Below are positions 1 to 12,780 of a DNA stretch of 64,000 nucleotides, in pieces. The position numbers were made by a program, and so were the translations under genes. Source of the DNA: Dendrobates tinctorius. Its lineage: Eukaryota. Under the pieces are notes generated by a model that was given only the letters and a program-made list of their open reading frames with translations, was not told the origin of the DNA and ran no database searches. The DNA lies in assembly GCF_039654945.1 (NCBI RefSeq), contig NW_027362071.1, positions 620,001 through 684,000 on the forward strand, in the 5' to 3' direction. Within the stretch, counting starts at the first letter, position 1, and each line of letters begins with the position of its first letter.

Positions 1-295
1 TCAAAAAACCGCAAGCGTGCACAAGACCGTGCGCACGCATGCGTTCCCATAGACTTCAATGTGTTGTTTTTGCGCATTCTGTGCGCAAGCGTTTTTTTGA
101 TGAGACAGGGCGGACCAAAAAATGCAACATGTTGCGTCTGGTGCGCCTGGCGCGAAAGACAAAAAAACGCATGCGCACGAAAACGCAAGTGTGCGCAAGA
201 CCATGCGCACATCATGTTAAACATAGGTGCACAGTGCGCATGCGCACGGGTGCGCACGATGCGCTGCGCACAAAAGCACTAATGTGAAACCAGCC
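1..295. mobile_element. Partial palindromic MITE (TGCGCA-rich), right end only
   Basis: Ends ...aatgtgaaaccagcc followed by TAA, like other GGC..GCC/TWA MITEs in this window. Confidence 0.55.
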
Positions 296-588
296 TAACA
301 TTGCTCATCATTAGGGCAGGTGCACAGGACTGTATTTTTGGTCCAAATGCGAACCGGCAAAACATCGGATCGTCCTCAGACAATGTTATGCTATGCATCA
401 TACTGATATCAGCATAATTTGATGGGGATATTGCCACTAATACCGAAACTTTACTGTGTGAACATGCCTTAATAATGCAAGGATATTTTCCATCTATGTA
501 AATTTCATGATGGTTCGTTATGCAATAACCCTACTCTTCAATACCCATAGTACGGTATCGAAACGGCGTCCAGATCTGGAGGACTCAC

Positions 589-720
589 CTTCATGATGAC
601 ATTCATCACTTCTGGCTTGGCACTTTTTGCCTCTCCGAAAGACTGGACGTTAAAAGAACAAATTCGAAAGGCGACAGCATCAGTGAAGCAGAGGGTGAAC
701 AGCAGAGCAACAAACTTCAT
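589..720 (-). CDS. DNASE1L3: Deoxyribonuclease 1-like 3, first coding exon (signal peptide + start of DNase I domain); rest of gene lies outside the window
   Basis: MKFVALLFTLCFTDAVAFRICSFNVQSFGEAKSAKPEVMNVIMK resembles the DNase I family N-terminus (RICSFNV.SFGE); donor AAG|GTGAGT at 588; head-to-head with ABHD6 as in other vertebrates. Confidence 0.92.
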
Positions 721-1268
721 GGTTCAGGATAAGACAAGATGTGTGTACAGCTCCTCGTCCCTACTAAACTGTGGTGTGAACAGGAACTACAAGTTCCTCA
801 ACTTTCACTCATTTCAAAAGTAACTTGTTTTGTTTGGCAGTTCGCTCTTGTCCCCATCAGTGCGCTAAGATCTCATATTTGTAGCGAGAGATTTATTAAG
901 TGATGAGTCTGGAACATATCTCCTAAATACGGAGAAAGTTATTAAAATTCATTGGCCTCAATAGAATGCAGGAAATGGACAGCAGGATTGTGCAAGAGCC
1001 GTGTGTCTCCACGAAGAAAAGCTTATAAAATAGCAATGTGTGGAAAATGGGGGAGATTTAATAAGAAAAATGACCACAATTTAGACTCAACTTGCCCCAA
1101 AAAATGCCGCATGTTTATTACATGCTGTAAAACTTTATTTTACAAGCATTTCACTAGAGACTAAAAAGTGTAAAAATAAAGTAGCAAGGATAAGTTATAT
1201 TTGCTAAAGCTCTGTCACGGTCACGTGTGTCTGGACGCAGCGAGTACCGCAAGGTGAACCCATATGAC

Positions 1269-1423
1269 ACACGTGACCCTGGATACACCACCTCCAGTGG
1301 GCGAATTTAAATAATAACACGTGCAGCTGGATACGCCACCTCCAACTGGCGAATTTAGATATTACACGTATATATAAAGTAGTCTGGAAACCCCGCCTCC
1401 AGTAAGGCGAATTTAAATAATAA
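1269..1423. repeat. Three ~50-bp tandem units (ctggatacnccacctcca..ggcgaatttaaata), probably inside an LTR-like element starting TGTCAC at 1213
   Basis: Direct repeats visible; element boundaries and TSD not established. Confidence 0.55.
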
Positions 1424-2519
1424 AGGGAAACCTGGGTAACATTAACAATGGTGGGCCCTGCAATAGGGAATAGGGAAGTGGCGACCTCCTGTACTCCCCT
1501 GAGCCAGTGTCCCTGCACTCCTAACGTTCCCTATGCCGGTTCCGCACCGGGCGACGCACAGGAACCTAAAAACCCTAGCTCGCCCTGGACCTAAACCCTC
1601 ACTAGGGAATTGGTCGGTGCAGAAACTAATCCCACCACTGCACTAAAACACACATGAGGGAAAATGACAATACAGGGGAAACACCACTTAGCTTTGCTCT
1701 GTTGCGTACGCTCCTAGCAACAGAGCCCACCACCTGTGTGCATCTTTTCCTCCACCCGGATCCATCACCATAACTGGATCCTTCACCATAGAGCAGCCTT
1801 GGAGCAGAGTCCACCACCAATTGCAGAAGTCCAGTAACAGAGTCCCAAAGATGAGTTCAGCTCCTGCCCAAAAAGTCAGCCATGCTTGAGTCCAGCTCTC
1901 AGCAACCAAGTCCCGAATGCTGAGTGCAACTCTCTCCATAGTCGCCACTCCACCAAGCCATGCAAGTACCTCCTGCTGACACCATAAACTGTGACTCCAC
2001 CACGCCATGCCAGCCCTTCTTGCAGACCACATAGCTGCCACTCGTCCCCTCTGGCTGGGCTGCGCAGGACTCATGTTCAGCTCCTTCTTTCACCCAGGCT
2101 TCCTTGTGAATGACTAACACACAATATCACCAACAGTCATCAAACACACCTGAACTCTTTTATAGAGCCTCACACCTGATTTATAATTACGTGCACTAAA
2201 CCAAAGAAACTAAAGTGCACTACCACTCACCACCACCGGGGCAACTTAGAATGAACGACACCACGTGTAATAATTTTAATGGCCACCGGGGGGAATCACA
2301 TCACTTTGGCACCTAGCCAAAGGAAAAAAACTTCACTTATCCATTTAATCTGTCAGATCCATGCTGGATCATGACAAGCTCCCAGAACATCTGTGAGCAT
2401 CCCAGAGTAAGGAAAGACCTCTTGCACACTTGAGAGGCATCAAATTTCCCAGTCCCCTGTCTGAAAATGTCCAGAAACAAGCTGCAGAATGAGGTTTCCT
2501 TATTCTTGGAAGTGGTCAA

Positions 2520-3995
2520 CATGGTGGAACACAACAGAACCAACATCAGCACGTGAATACAACACCAGAACCATCAGCCGTACAAGAATGCAGCACCAGA
2601 ATCAACATCAGTACATGAATACAGCACCAGAACCACCATAAGCACATTAATACAACACCAGAACCATCATCAGTATAGGAATACAGCACCACAACCATAA
2701 ATGGTACACAAATACAGCTCTAGAATCACCATCAGTAAAGGAATACATCTCCAGAATCACTATCAGTGCATGAATATAGTACCAAAACCACCATCAGAAC
2801 ATGAAGACTGCATGAAAGAACTATCATCATTACAGGAATACAGCACCAGAACAATCAGTACAGGAATATTGCACCAGAGACAACATCACTACATGACACA
2901 AATCAATAGAAGCATAGAGGGAGAACAAGTAATTAAGAATATAAAAATTGTAACATTTTATCAAATATACCAATAATATACGTAGAAAAAGTGCAGACAA
3001 ATGATGATGATAGGTCTGAAACAGACTGAAACTCAAAAACACAATACAAAAACTGTTAGCCCTAAGTAATAATTGAAGCCAGTAGCAAGTAGCTAGAAAA
3101 ATATCTAGGTATAATATCTAAATATCAGAATGTACAATACTCTTATGGTATATCTAACAAGTAGTTTCAAAAAGAATATATGGAAGTGTAATAGCTCCCA
3201 GTATAGCTGACACAGATATGATTATAACACCATATCTAAAATATATTGGTCAAAAGGTACCCTAAATGTTATCCTATCAGAGGAATTGTAACCGTCATAG
3301 TAGTGATGTACATATATAAATCACATATATAACACAGAATCATAATGGTAATTATCTGCATCCATAGTGTACAAATGGGCTATAGCACTAACACCACCAT
3401 CAGTACATGAAAACTGCACCAGAGAACTATCATCATTTCAGGAGTACAACACTAAAATAATCAGCACAGGAATATTATACCAGAGACAACATCAGTACAT
3501 GAGTACAGCACCATAACCATCATTAGTACAGAAATGCATCACCAGAACCAACAACAGTGCAAAGATATGACACCAGAACCACCATCAGTATTTGAATAGA
3601 ACACCAGAATTACTATCAGTATATGAATAATACATCATCAGTACAAAAATACAACACCAGAACCATCACCAGTACTGACATACAGCACCACAGCCAACAT
3701 CAATACTTGAGTACAGCACCAGAACTATCATAACTACAAGAATTCTTCACCAGAACCATAATCAGCAGATGAACACAGCACCAGAATTACTATCATAGTG
3801 ACATCTCTAAAACCATCATTAGTACATGAATACAGCAGGAAAACCACCACCTTCGGTACAGGAATAAATCACCGTAACCCCCATCACTACATGAATACAG
3901 CACCAGAAACACTACTAGTAAATGAATACAGCACCAGAACTATCACCAGTACATGAATACAGCACCAGAACTATCACCAGTACATGAATACAGCA
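2520..3995. repeat. Degenerate ~31-bp minisatellite (accagaaccaccatcagtacatgaatacagc), interrupted at ~2900-3390
   Basis: Repeated unit seen directly. Confidence 0.8.
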
Positions 3996-6133
3996 GAATA
4001 CTTAGTACAGTGACCAATTGCAAAGTCAGATCAGCCCCAGGCATATACAATTGAATTACATAAACTTGTAACTCTCAGTATTACCTTAACAATGATAAGG
4101 AGATACTGGGAGTAGCTGTTTTTACCAGCCATCATCAGACTGAGGAACATACAGAGGAACCACAATACTGATTAGACGCTGTCAGTAACACTCTTTTTAA
4201 CATATAAAAGTGTAGCTTAACATTTGGGAATTATTTTATATGTTTTAGGCAGATACTGTAGTTGGAGTCTCAAAAGACCTCTTAGAAGTGTGCAGCCTAG
4301 GAGACAGGAGCGTATGATTTTCTACTGCATCCATACTCTGCTGTCTGTGCTCCTTTCCCCTGACCTGCATACTCCTAAGACGTCTTTTGAGGTCTCAAGA
4401 GCCAGACCCTACGCCCCTGTCCAGAACTAAAAGGGTCTAAAACATAAAAATCTCCCAAAAGTTTAGTTACTCTTTAAAGTGCATTGACAGTGGCCAATAA
4501 TCAGGAACCAATTATTGGCCTAACGAAGCAGGCTGTCAATCAAATGACGCACGAGCAAAAGGATCATTTGATGGGTTAAATAATTTTTCAGCTTACTTTC
4601 GTTCTCTGAAAATGAAAATGCGGCCAGTCTGTCTTAGCAAGCTATTAAATGACCGCAGATAGGACTCATATAGGAATATGCAATTGGCCATATATGCCTC
4701 CAGAGATCCAGGAACTGATAGATGACGCCTTTTCTGATTGGAATTGTTCTTATCCCTTACTTCTTCATCTGGTCCTGATGCTAGGTGTTGTATTCAACCA
4801 TAGGGTGACTATTCAGACAGAGCTCTCTCGGCAGACCTCCCTCTGCACAAAAAAAAACCATCCTCACCCTGCCCCTCTTGTGATACATGGCCTCCACACT
4901 ACCCCCTCCCAAAAATTATTGCCTAAAAATTATTGCTCTTACACTGTACCCCTCATATAATATGACCATCACACCATCGTCACATATGAACCATAATGCC
5001 ACACAGTCCCTCCTTATGATTTATACCCACCACACCATATCCATTTCTAAACTATGGCCCCTACACCATCCCACCTTATGAATTATAGCCACCACACTGT
5101 CCCATCCCCCAAAAACTATGGCCACCACACTGTCCTTCCTTCTTATGAACAATAACCGTTCCCCCTTATGAAATGGTCTGCACGCTGTTTCTGTGTTATG
5201 AACTACGATGGCCTTCACACTGTCCTCATCTTCAGTGCCTCCCACATTGCACCCTCTCCATGCTGTCCCCTTACACTACCCCTCCCTTTGCAAACTGCGC
5301 ACCCATACTATGCCTTCCCACCTGTCACTCCTTCTGCATACTGTACCCTTCCCCTCGCACTATCCCTCCCTCTGCATACTGACCCCCTAAACTGTGCTCT
5401 CGCACTAGCCCTCTTTCTGTATACCGTCCCCCTCTCCTCACACCATCCCTCCTTCTATATAAAATTCTATAATGCTGTAGATATGCCCCTGGTCCAACCT
5501 GAAAGAGAAGAAAAACAAGTATTATTATACTCACCCGGGGGCAGTCCGATGCGGTTTGGTCCGATGGGTGTCGCTGGTCCGGGCCTGGGCCTCCCATCTT
5601 CATGCGATGTCATCATCCTGCTTGGTTCGTGCTCGCACTCCTGTGCAGGCATACTGATCTGTCCTGCCCTCTGACTGTTCCACTCCTGGTTTTTGCTTCC
5701 AAATACTGATGTAAAATACTGACCAAATCCTGAACGTGGCCTTATACTCATCTCCGGTGCTGGTGTCATTCCAGTGGTGTCGGCACTGGCTCTCCTGGGG
5801 CTCCCGTGACATTATGTCATGTGATGCCTGAGGCCAATCCATGCTGGTTTCACTCTCCTCTCCTTCGGGTGGTTCACCTATATCCGGAGGGAGTGAGAGA
5901 GCAGCTGTAGGGAACGCGATCCCCAGCAGAAGCAGCGCCGGAATGGCGCAGGCACGGGAGATGAGAACAGGTATTATTACTTTACAAGGGGGGAAACATA
6001 GGGATTCAGAAGGGGTTATCTGAGTAGTAGACAATCCCTTTAAATAAAATGCAAAACATAAGAAAAAATAAAACTCTGCAACTGAAAAGTACATTGCAAA
6101 TCCAGAATGGCTGTTTTTCATTTCCGTCGCCTG

Positions 6134-6169
<36 letters not shown>

Positions 6170-6439
6170 CATAAAATCATACAGGCCCCAATATGGTAGC
6201 GATAAAAACTGCAGCTTGTTCTGCAAAAAAAAACAACAACAAAAAAAAACACTCTACAAATCTGAAAAATAAAATAAAAAAGGTGCATATGAAAAAAATC
6301 AAAAGAGATGAACCCTGGTGGCTTCCATTCATAAAGTTATTTACATGCATAAAGCTTGCTCCCCTACATAGCAAATTGAGCTCTGCTACATCGTATGAGT
6401 CTGCACAGCCAGCCCAGTGCTGGGAGCCTGCTGCACTGA

Positions 6440-6700
6440 TCACACACCACGTGCACAGCCCAGGCTCCCCATGCAGTGCCCGCAGTGTCACTGCCATCTA
6501 GTGGCGGTCAGTGGAAATTTCGGTCGGCTCACTCACTGCTGTCGCTGCTCTTGTGATCTGAGCCTTTAATGAGAGTGCGGCAGTTCCGGGTCTGATCCAG
6601 CAGTGAGATCCCGGCACCAGCTGGAGGATCCTCCGGAGCCAGGGCCGGGTAGGTGATCGGCTCTCTCCTGATTGCTGTGTGTCATGTCAGTGTCACATTG
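6440..6700 (+). promoter_or_regulatory. ABHD6: Candidate ABHD6 promoter and non-coding first exon (donor CGG|GTAGGT at 6649), with CTCF-like motif at 6492-6505
   Basis: CpG-enriched patch; TGCCATCTAGTGGC is the reverse complement of a CTCF core; the ATG exon at 20117 has an acceptor, so an upstream exon must exist. Confidence 0.4.
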
Positions 6701-7526
6701 TGCTACATTGTATCCATCCTCCTCCTGCTGTCCCAGCCTCCTGTCCCAGCCTGCTGACCTGTTTTAGCAGGTCTCCGGGGTTTTCCTGCTCCATTATCCT
6801 GGTTGTGTAAAACCTCTGCTATCCGGCTGTCGCTTGTCCCAATTCGTGACGTATCGTGTACGGCTTCATGGTCACCAGAAAGGAACCTTTTTATTCTGCA
6901 TCCCATGCGCTCATCTATCCACAGCCGAAAAATAAGGAGAAATATCTGAATTTTAGGCTAAAATTTGGCTGAATATTGGGCATTTTATTAGCACTATTTT
7001 CTATTTTTTTTTCCATTTTTTCCCTCTTTTCTTTATATTGATAATAGATTTCTCTTTTCGCCTCCGTGGTCTAAAATGGGGAAAATTCAGCTCATGGATC
7101 TGCCGAGCCGTCTAATAGCGGAGCTTTATTTCTTCCGTATTGTTATACAGCATGTATCGGGCATCTGGTCAGAATCTCCCACTACTATGTGGCCCCCAGT
7201 ATATATATATTCTCCAGGGCCCCTTTTCACTTTCTATTTTTCCTCCTACCCTGAAAGAACTCTTTGTTATTTTTGGTCTCTAAGGTATTTGTTTTTTTTT
7301 GTAGTTTTTATCATCGTTTTTGGGGTCCATACGACTTTTTGATCCCTCTTTAATCTTTTTTTTTCTTGTATGGGGGGAGAGTTAATATTCGTAATTCTGC
7401 CATTTTTATTTTTTTTTTGTTTATCGTATGGAATAATATTGTCATATTTTATTAGTTTGGACCAGATATGTTGATTTTTATTTTATTCTTTAGATTTTAA
7501 TTTTTCAAGAAGAGAGGACGATACAA

Positions 7527-7566
<40 letters not shown>

Positions 7567-7614
7567 TCAACACACAGGGTGAACTTTTATATATCTATTT
7601 TTCTAAATATATAT

Positions 7615-8820
7615 TTATTATTATTATTTATTGTTATAGCGCCATTTATTCCATGGCGCTTTACATGTAAGGAGGGGTATACATAATAAAAACAAGTACA
7701 ATAATCTTAAACAATACAAGTCACAACTGGTACAGGAGGAGAGAGGACCCTGCCCGCGAGGGCTCACAATCTACAAGGGATGGGTGATAATACAGTAGGC
7801 GAGGGTAGAGCTGGTCATGCAGCGGTTTGGTGGATCGGTGGTTACTGCAGGTTGTAGGCTTGTCGGAAGAGGTGGGTCTTCAGGCTCTTTTTGAAGGTTT
7901 CCATGGTAGGTGAGAGTCTGATATGTTGTGGTAGAGAGTTCCAGAGTAGGGGTGATGCGCGAGAGAAATCTTGTATGCGATTGTGGGAAGAGGAGATAAG
8001 AGGGGAGTAGAGAAGGAGGTCTTGTGAGGATCGGAGGTTGCGTGCAGGAAAGTACCGGGAGACGAGGTCACAGATGTATGGAGGACTCAGGTTGTGAATG
8101 GCTTTGTATGTCATGGTTAGGGTTTTGAACTGGAGTCTTTGGGTAATGGGGAGCCAGTGCAGGGATTGACAGAGGGGAGAGGCCGGGGAATAGTAGGGGG
8201 ACAGGTGGATTAGTCGGGTAGCAGAGTTTAGAATAGATTGAAGGGGTGCGAGAGTGTTCGAGGGGAGGCCACAGAGCAGGAGGTTGCAGTAGTCAAGGCG
8301 GGAGATGATGAGGGCATGGACTAGGGTTTTTGCAGATTTTTGGTTGAGGAATGAACGGATTTGTGAAATATTTTTGAGTTGAAGTCAGCAGGAAGTGGAA
8401 AGGGTTTGGATATGTGGTTTGAAGGAGAGATCAGCGTCAAGGATTACTCCGAGGCAGCGAGCTTGTGGGACTGGGGAGAGTGGGCAGTCATTTACTGTAA
8501 TGGATAGGTTCGTTGGGGGGGGTCACATGAGATGGGGGAAAGATGATGAATTCTGTTTTGTCCATGTTAAGTTTCAGAAATCTAGCAGAGAAGAAGGATG
8601 AAATAGTGGACAGACATTGAGGGATTCTGGTTAGTAGGGAGGTGATATCTGGTCCAGAGATGTAGATCTGTGTGTCATCAGCATAGAGACGATACTGAAA
8701 GCCATGAGATTCTATGAGCTGTCCCAGGCCAAAGGTGTAAATGGAGAAAAGCCAGGGGTCCTAGAACTGAGCCTTGTGGGACTCCGACAGATAGGGGGCG
8801 AGGTGAGGAGGTGGTGTGTG
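7615..8820 (-). mobile_element. 5'-truncated L2/CR1-clade LINE (RT C-terminus, 3' UTR, (AAT)n tail)
   Basis: [10 protein letters not shown] and YADD motifs at ~8675-8785; L2-type C-terminus ...PLLWNSLP..IR.....FKKSLKTHLF (7842-8114); (TTA)n tail at ~7615. Confidence 0.9.
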
Positions 8821-9346
8821 AAATAAATATAAATATAAATATTAGTAAGATAAATATACAAAAGTTCACGCTCTGTTGAAACATTCCTAAGAAAAAAATA
8901 AAAATTATATATATATTACACACACACACCGTGTATATATATATATTTTTTTTAACGTCTCTACAAAAGGGGTGATATGAACTTTTGAATATTTATTTTA
9001 CTGATATATATTATTTTAATAACATTTGAGCAGAGGGGGGGGAAACAAACTTTTGTCTAATTTTAATATAAATTTAATTTATATTTAATTTTTTAATATA
9101 CATTTTTAATAAATATTGCTTTTTACATTTTAGATAAAGTCTTGAACCTGCAATCACTTATGTTAAACACTATTTTAATATTATATTGCAGTGTATTGTT
9201 AAAGGGAACCTCACTGGTGATTCATGCTGCCCGAAACACAGGCGGCACGTGTCAGAGTCTGGCTCTGTTAGTGCGGCTGTGTATTTTTTGGTCTGAAAGA
9301 CTGCAAAATTTCAGAGAAACACGCAGGCTTTGGGGCATACAGCTTA

Positions 9347-9572
9347 GGCCTGGATCACACTTCCGTTTTTTTAAATCCGTCCAAATCCGTCGTTTTCCGT
9401 TAAAAAACGGATCCGCCATGTTTTTGGCGGATCCGTTTTTTTTTCCCCATAGACTTGCATTAGCGGCTACCGCGGATCCGTAAAAAAAACGGATCCGGTA
9501 GCATCCGTTTGCGGCAAAAAACGGAAACGGATCCGTTTGGCAGACACAAAAAACGGATGTGTGAAACAGGCC
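9347..9572. mobile_element. Palindromic MITE with TTA target duplication (PIF/Harbinger-like)
   Basis: TTA-GGCCTG..CAGGCC-TTA; internal ggatccg inverted repeats. Confidence 0.75.
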
Positions 9573-10061
9573 TTAGATCACTAGATCAAGGCCAGTCTTT
9601 GAAAATGCTCTCCCTGTCCCGCTCCCCTTTATAGACAGGTCTCCTATTCCCTCACATAGTGAGACTTGTCAATATAGGGGCTCGCACACTGGGGGACACA
9701 GACAGAAGAGGAGGAGGTGCCGTCCAATAACTCATCATAATGCACTATTCCACCTGCTTTGGAGCTGGATGTGGCCCCCTTCTTGTCCCCTGTGCAGCTG
9801 CACAGGTTGAAAGAATGATGTGTCTGCCCCTGGGCTCGCAGTGGGGAGAAGACACCGGGAACGCGGCCTCGGACAAGTCATCTAAACACAAAGCATGTTT
9901 CTCTAAAGGGCTGCAGCAAGACTCCCGCTGTCAGGTTCCCTTTAAATTATCAATGAAGCAACCGGAATTGGAGCTTCAGGGGTGTACCAAGATGGCAAAA
10001 CTAGTGGCCTCCAGTGCTCCCTAGACTGCAATGCAAATACCATAGATACCCTATTTCCTAA

Positions 10062-10256
10062 GGCCGGAGTCACACTACAGCGAGATACGGCCGAGTCTCG
10101 CAGGTTAAAACCAAGCTCTGGCACCGGCACTCCGGAGCAGAGTGTGCAGCTCCATGTATTGCTGTGCGGCTGCACGCTCCGCTCCGGAGTGCCGACACCA
10201 GAGCTTGGTTTTAACCTGCGAGACTCGGCCGTATCTCGCTGTGTGTGATCCCGGCC
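10062..10256. mobile_element. Near-perfect hairpin MITE (PIF/Harbinger-like)
   Basis: Long inverted arms GGCCGG..CAGCGAGATACGGCCGAGTCTCGCAGGTTAAAACCAAGCTCTGG; TAA/TAT flanks. Confidence 0.8.
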
Positions 10257-10386
10257 TATTTTCCAACCGCTAAAATGCCTCTGTGACAATTAACAGCGGC
10301 ATCTAAGCGGTTAGACTACTGCGACTGGAGCTCGCTCTGATTGCAGCAGTTAAGAGTCAGGTGCCGGCTGATCAACATAACTGTAA

Positions 10387-10546
10387 GGCCACGTTCACAC
10401 GTTCAGTATTTTATATCAGTATTTGTAAGCCAAAATCAGGAGTGGAATAACCAGCAGAAAGGTACGACAGAAACACGTCACCACTTCTGTATTGATCACC
10501 CACTCATGGTTTTGGCTTACAAATACTGAACGGTGTGAACATCGCC
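10387..10546. mobile_element. MITE, family shared with 17012-17206 and partial 5675-5742
   Basis: GGCCACGTTCACACGTTCAGTATTT terminal repeat. Confidence 0.7.
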
Positions 10547-10944
10547 TATGAAGCAGGCTCAGTTTCTGACCCTACTCTGCACATGTCCAGTGAGCCCCGA
10601 CACTTGCGCAGGAGTACATATATAATAGTATTACTATATCTGTATTATTATACAAGATGAGTATTTGTTAACGGGCTGCAGGACAAATTAAGTGTTTACA
10701 GGCTTCATTCACGCTGCAGAGCTGTAATCACAGAGAGTGTAAAGACAGGGGCCGGAGCGAGCCACACAACCTCCCCACCACAGCGGCTAAGTGGAGGCCC
10801 TTCATGACAGTGGGTTGGAGGGAAGGGGTTAATGATTCCAGGGGGTGGAGGAGGTGGATAAAGGGGGGTATATTAGGAGGCTTAAGGGGCGGTTACCTTT
10901 AGTTCCCGCTCTGGAGCCACGAGGGATTGTCCCACTCCCCAAGC

Positions 10945-12780
10945 ATGGAGTCCATAACTTCGGTCCTGGAGAGGCTGCGGGCGGCAGCAGTGGCGCAGCC
11001 TGACTGTTGGCTGGGACAATAGGAGGCCGAGATCATCGGGGGAGGTGGCGGTTTGTCCGTTGTTGCTTCTCCCTGTGCAAGGAGGCGGGTCAGGCCTCCG
11101 GAGCGCCTGTCCCCGGATGCTGCGCCACACACCCAGCGCCGGTGTCGGAGCCCCTCTCGGGACCCTCTGGCTCGGGTGCCTGCCGGTAGGCGCGCTGGCA
11201 GGCCCGGGGCCTGGAGGAATCCACGGGCCGGCCTGAGTGCAGCGGCGGTTGGTAGGCCGTCTCCCAGGCCTGATCGGGAGGCGGGGCCTGCGCGTGCCGG
11301 GCCGGCGCGGACCGATGACGTCACGGCAGGCCGCCGTGGAGTCGGGTGGCCTGCCTCATCGGCGCATGGCGGCTTTGAGAGGGCCAGCGTGGGGGGACTA
11401 TCGGGCGGCAGCCCCCGGCGGTCGGGGCGGGCTAGTGTCCCCTGTGATGCGGGCCCCTTGACTGGACCAGCGGCGGGGGAGGAACAAGGACGGAGCAGCA
11501 GACAATCGGTGATGGGTGCGGGCGGTGGGTGGCCACAGGCGGCAGCCCCTGTGCCTGTGCAGCCCGCTGGCCTCAGCGGGGGTCGGAGCGTGGAAGATTC
11601 CAGGAGAGAGTGGCCCTGGAGTGCAGCGGTGTCAAGAGAGCCTGTTTCGGCGAGTATCGGACCTCTGGGGACAGAGGGTCTCACACGAAGCTCCAGTTTT
11701 GACGCTCAGCAGGACTCGGGAATGGCGGCTGGAGGATACACAGCGTCCACGCAGCCCGGTGAGTATGGCTCCTTGTCTTGTCTGTCATCATCCCTAGTGA
11801 GGTCCCCTGCGGTCGGGAGCGGATTAGGCGGCCAGCCCGGGGCGGTAGAACAAGTTGTGGGGGAACAGGGCCCGTCACCAATCGGGGGTCTTGGGGAGAT
11901 ATTAGCAACCATGCAGGATTTGTTGGCGCGGATGGAGGGAGTTAGAGAGCATTCGGCGCATTTAGCTGCCTGGGTGGGGTCGCAACAGCGAGGGGCTGGC
12001 CCGTCGAGGGCGGCTATCGGGGTCTCGGGGGGCCGAGCGGACCATGTGTCTGTTTCAGTTCAGACGGAGAAAGAGAAGGAATGTCGGATCCATTTAGATA
12101 ATAGAGCCCACGGGGAGGTGTATGTATGCTTTGAGGGCCCACTCGGAGCTCATCTAAAAAAGGAGGTGCGGGAAAAGATCTGGAAGGATGAGTATGTCGA
12201 GATTTTTTCCTTGTTACCGCTAGAAAAGTTCAATTTGGATAAGGGAAAGAAGGACGATAGCAAAAAAGAGGAGGAGGAAAAACGGAGATGGCGTTTGATT
12301 CCACAAACGTTCGCTAATTGGCTCCAGGCGTTTGCAATTCTGGCTAGCGTGATTGGTGAAAAGGCGCCTGAGTATTGTTCTCCTCATTTTTGTTATTTAG
12401 ATTCAATTTGGGAGGCGTATACGGGGGTCAGGCTTGGCTCCGTTACGACGAGCAGTTTAGACAGAGGAAGGCGATTCGTCCGGCGATTTGGTGGGATCAG
12501 AAGGACATAAGACTGTGGTTAAAGGTTATGACACAGACTAGGTTTGGCCATTCCTTTCCTGGGGGAAGGGGCGGGCTCTTCAAATGCGCAGGCGGTCAGT
12601 CGGGCACCCAGAAGCAGGGTCTCTGCTGGCAATTTAATGATGGGCAGTGTAAATTCGGAACAAGCTGCAAATTCAAGCACCTTTGCTCCCATTGCAATGG
12701 AACCTCGCATGGTGCTTCCAGATGCTTTAGGAAGCAGAAAGGAAAAGCAGAGAGTGGTAATTCCAAAGGGGCGACGCCAG
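10945..12780 (+). pseudogene. ORF1/gag-like of the YR retrotransposon (premature TAG at 11020, frameshift near 12420, C-terminal Cys/His zinc finger)
   Basis: ATG 10945 is in frame with ORF 11053-12510; EYVEIFSLL..WLQAF..YGGQAWLRYDEQFRQ; CWQFNDGQCKFGTSCKFKHLCSHC..H..C. Confidence 0.8.

Noticed and set aside
5168-6121. ORFs of 168 and 173 aa
   Set aside because: They span low-complexity sequence and MITE fragments; no domain or splice support
10899-11684. 261-aa minus-strand ORF
   Set aside because: Antisense shadow of GC-rich retrotransposon ORF1; no recognisable domain
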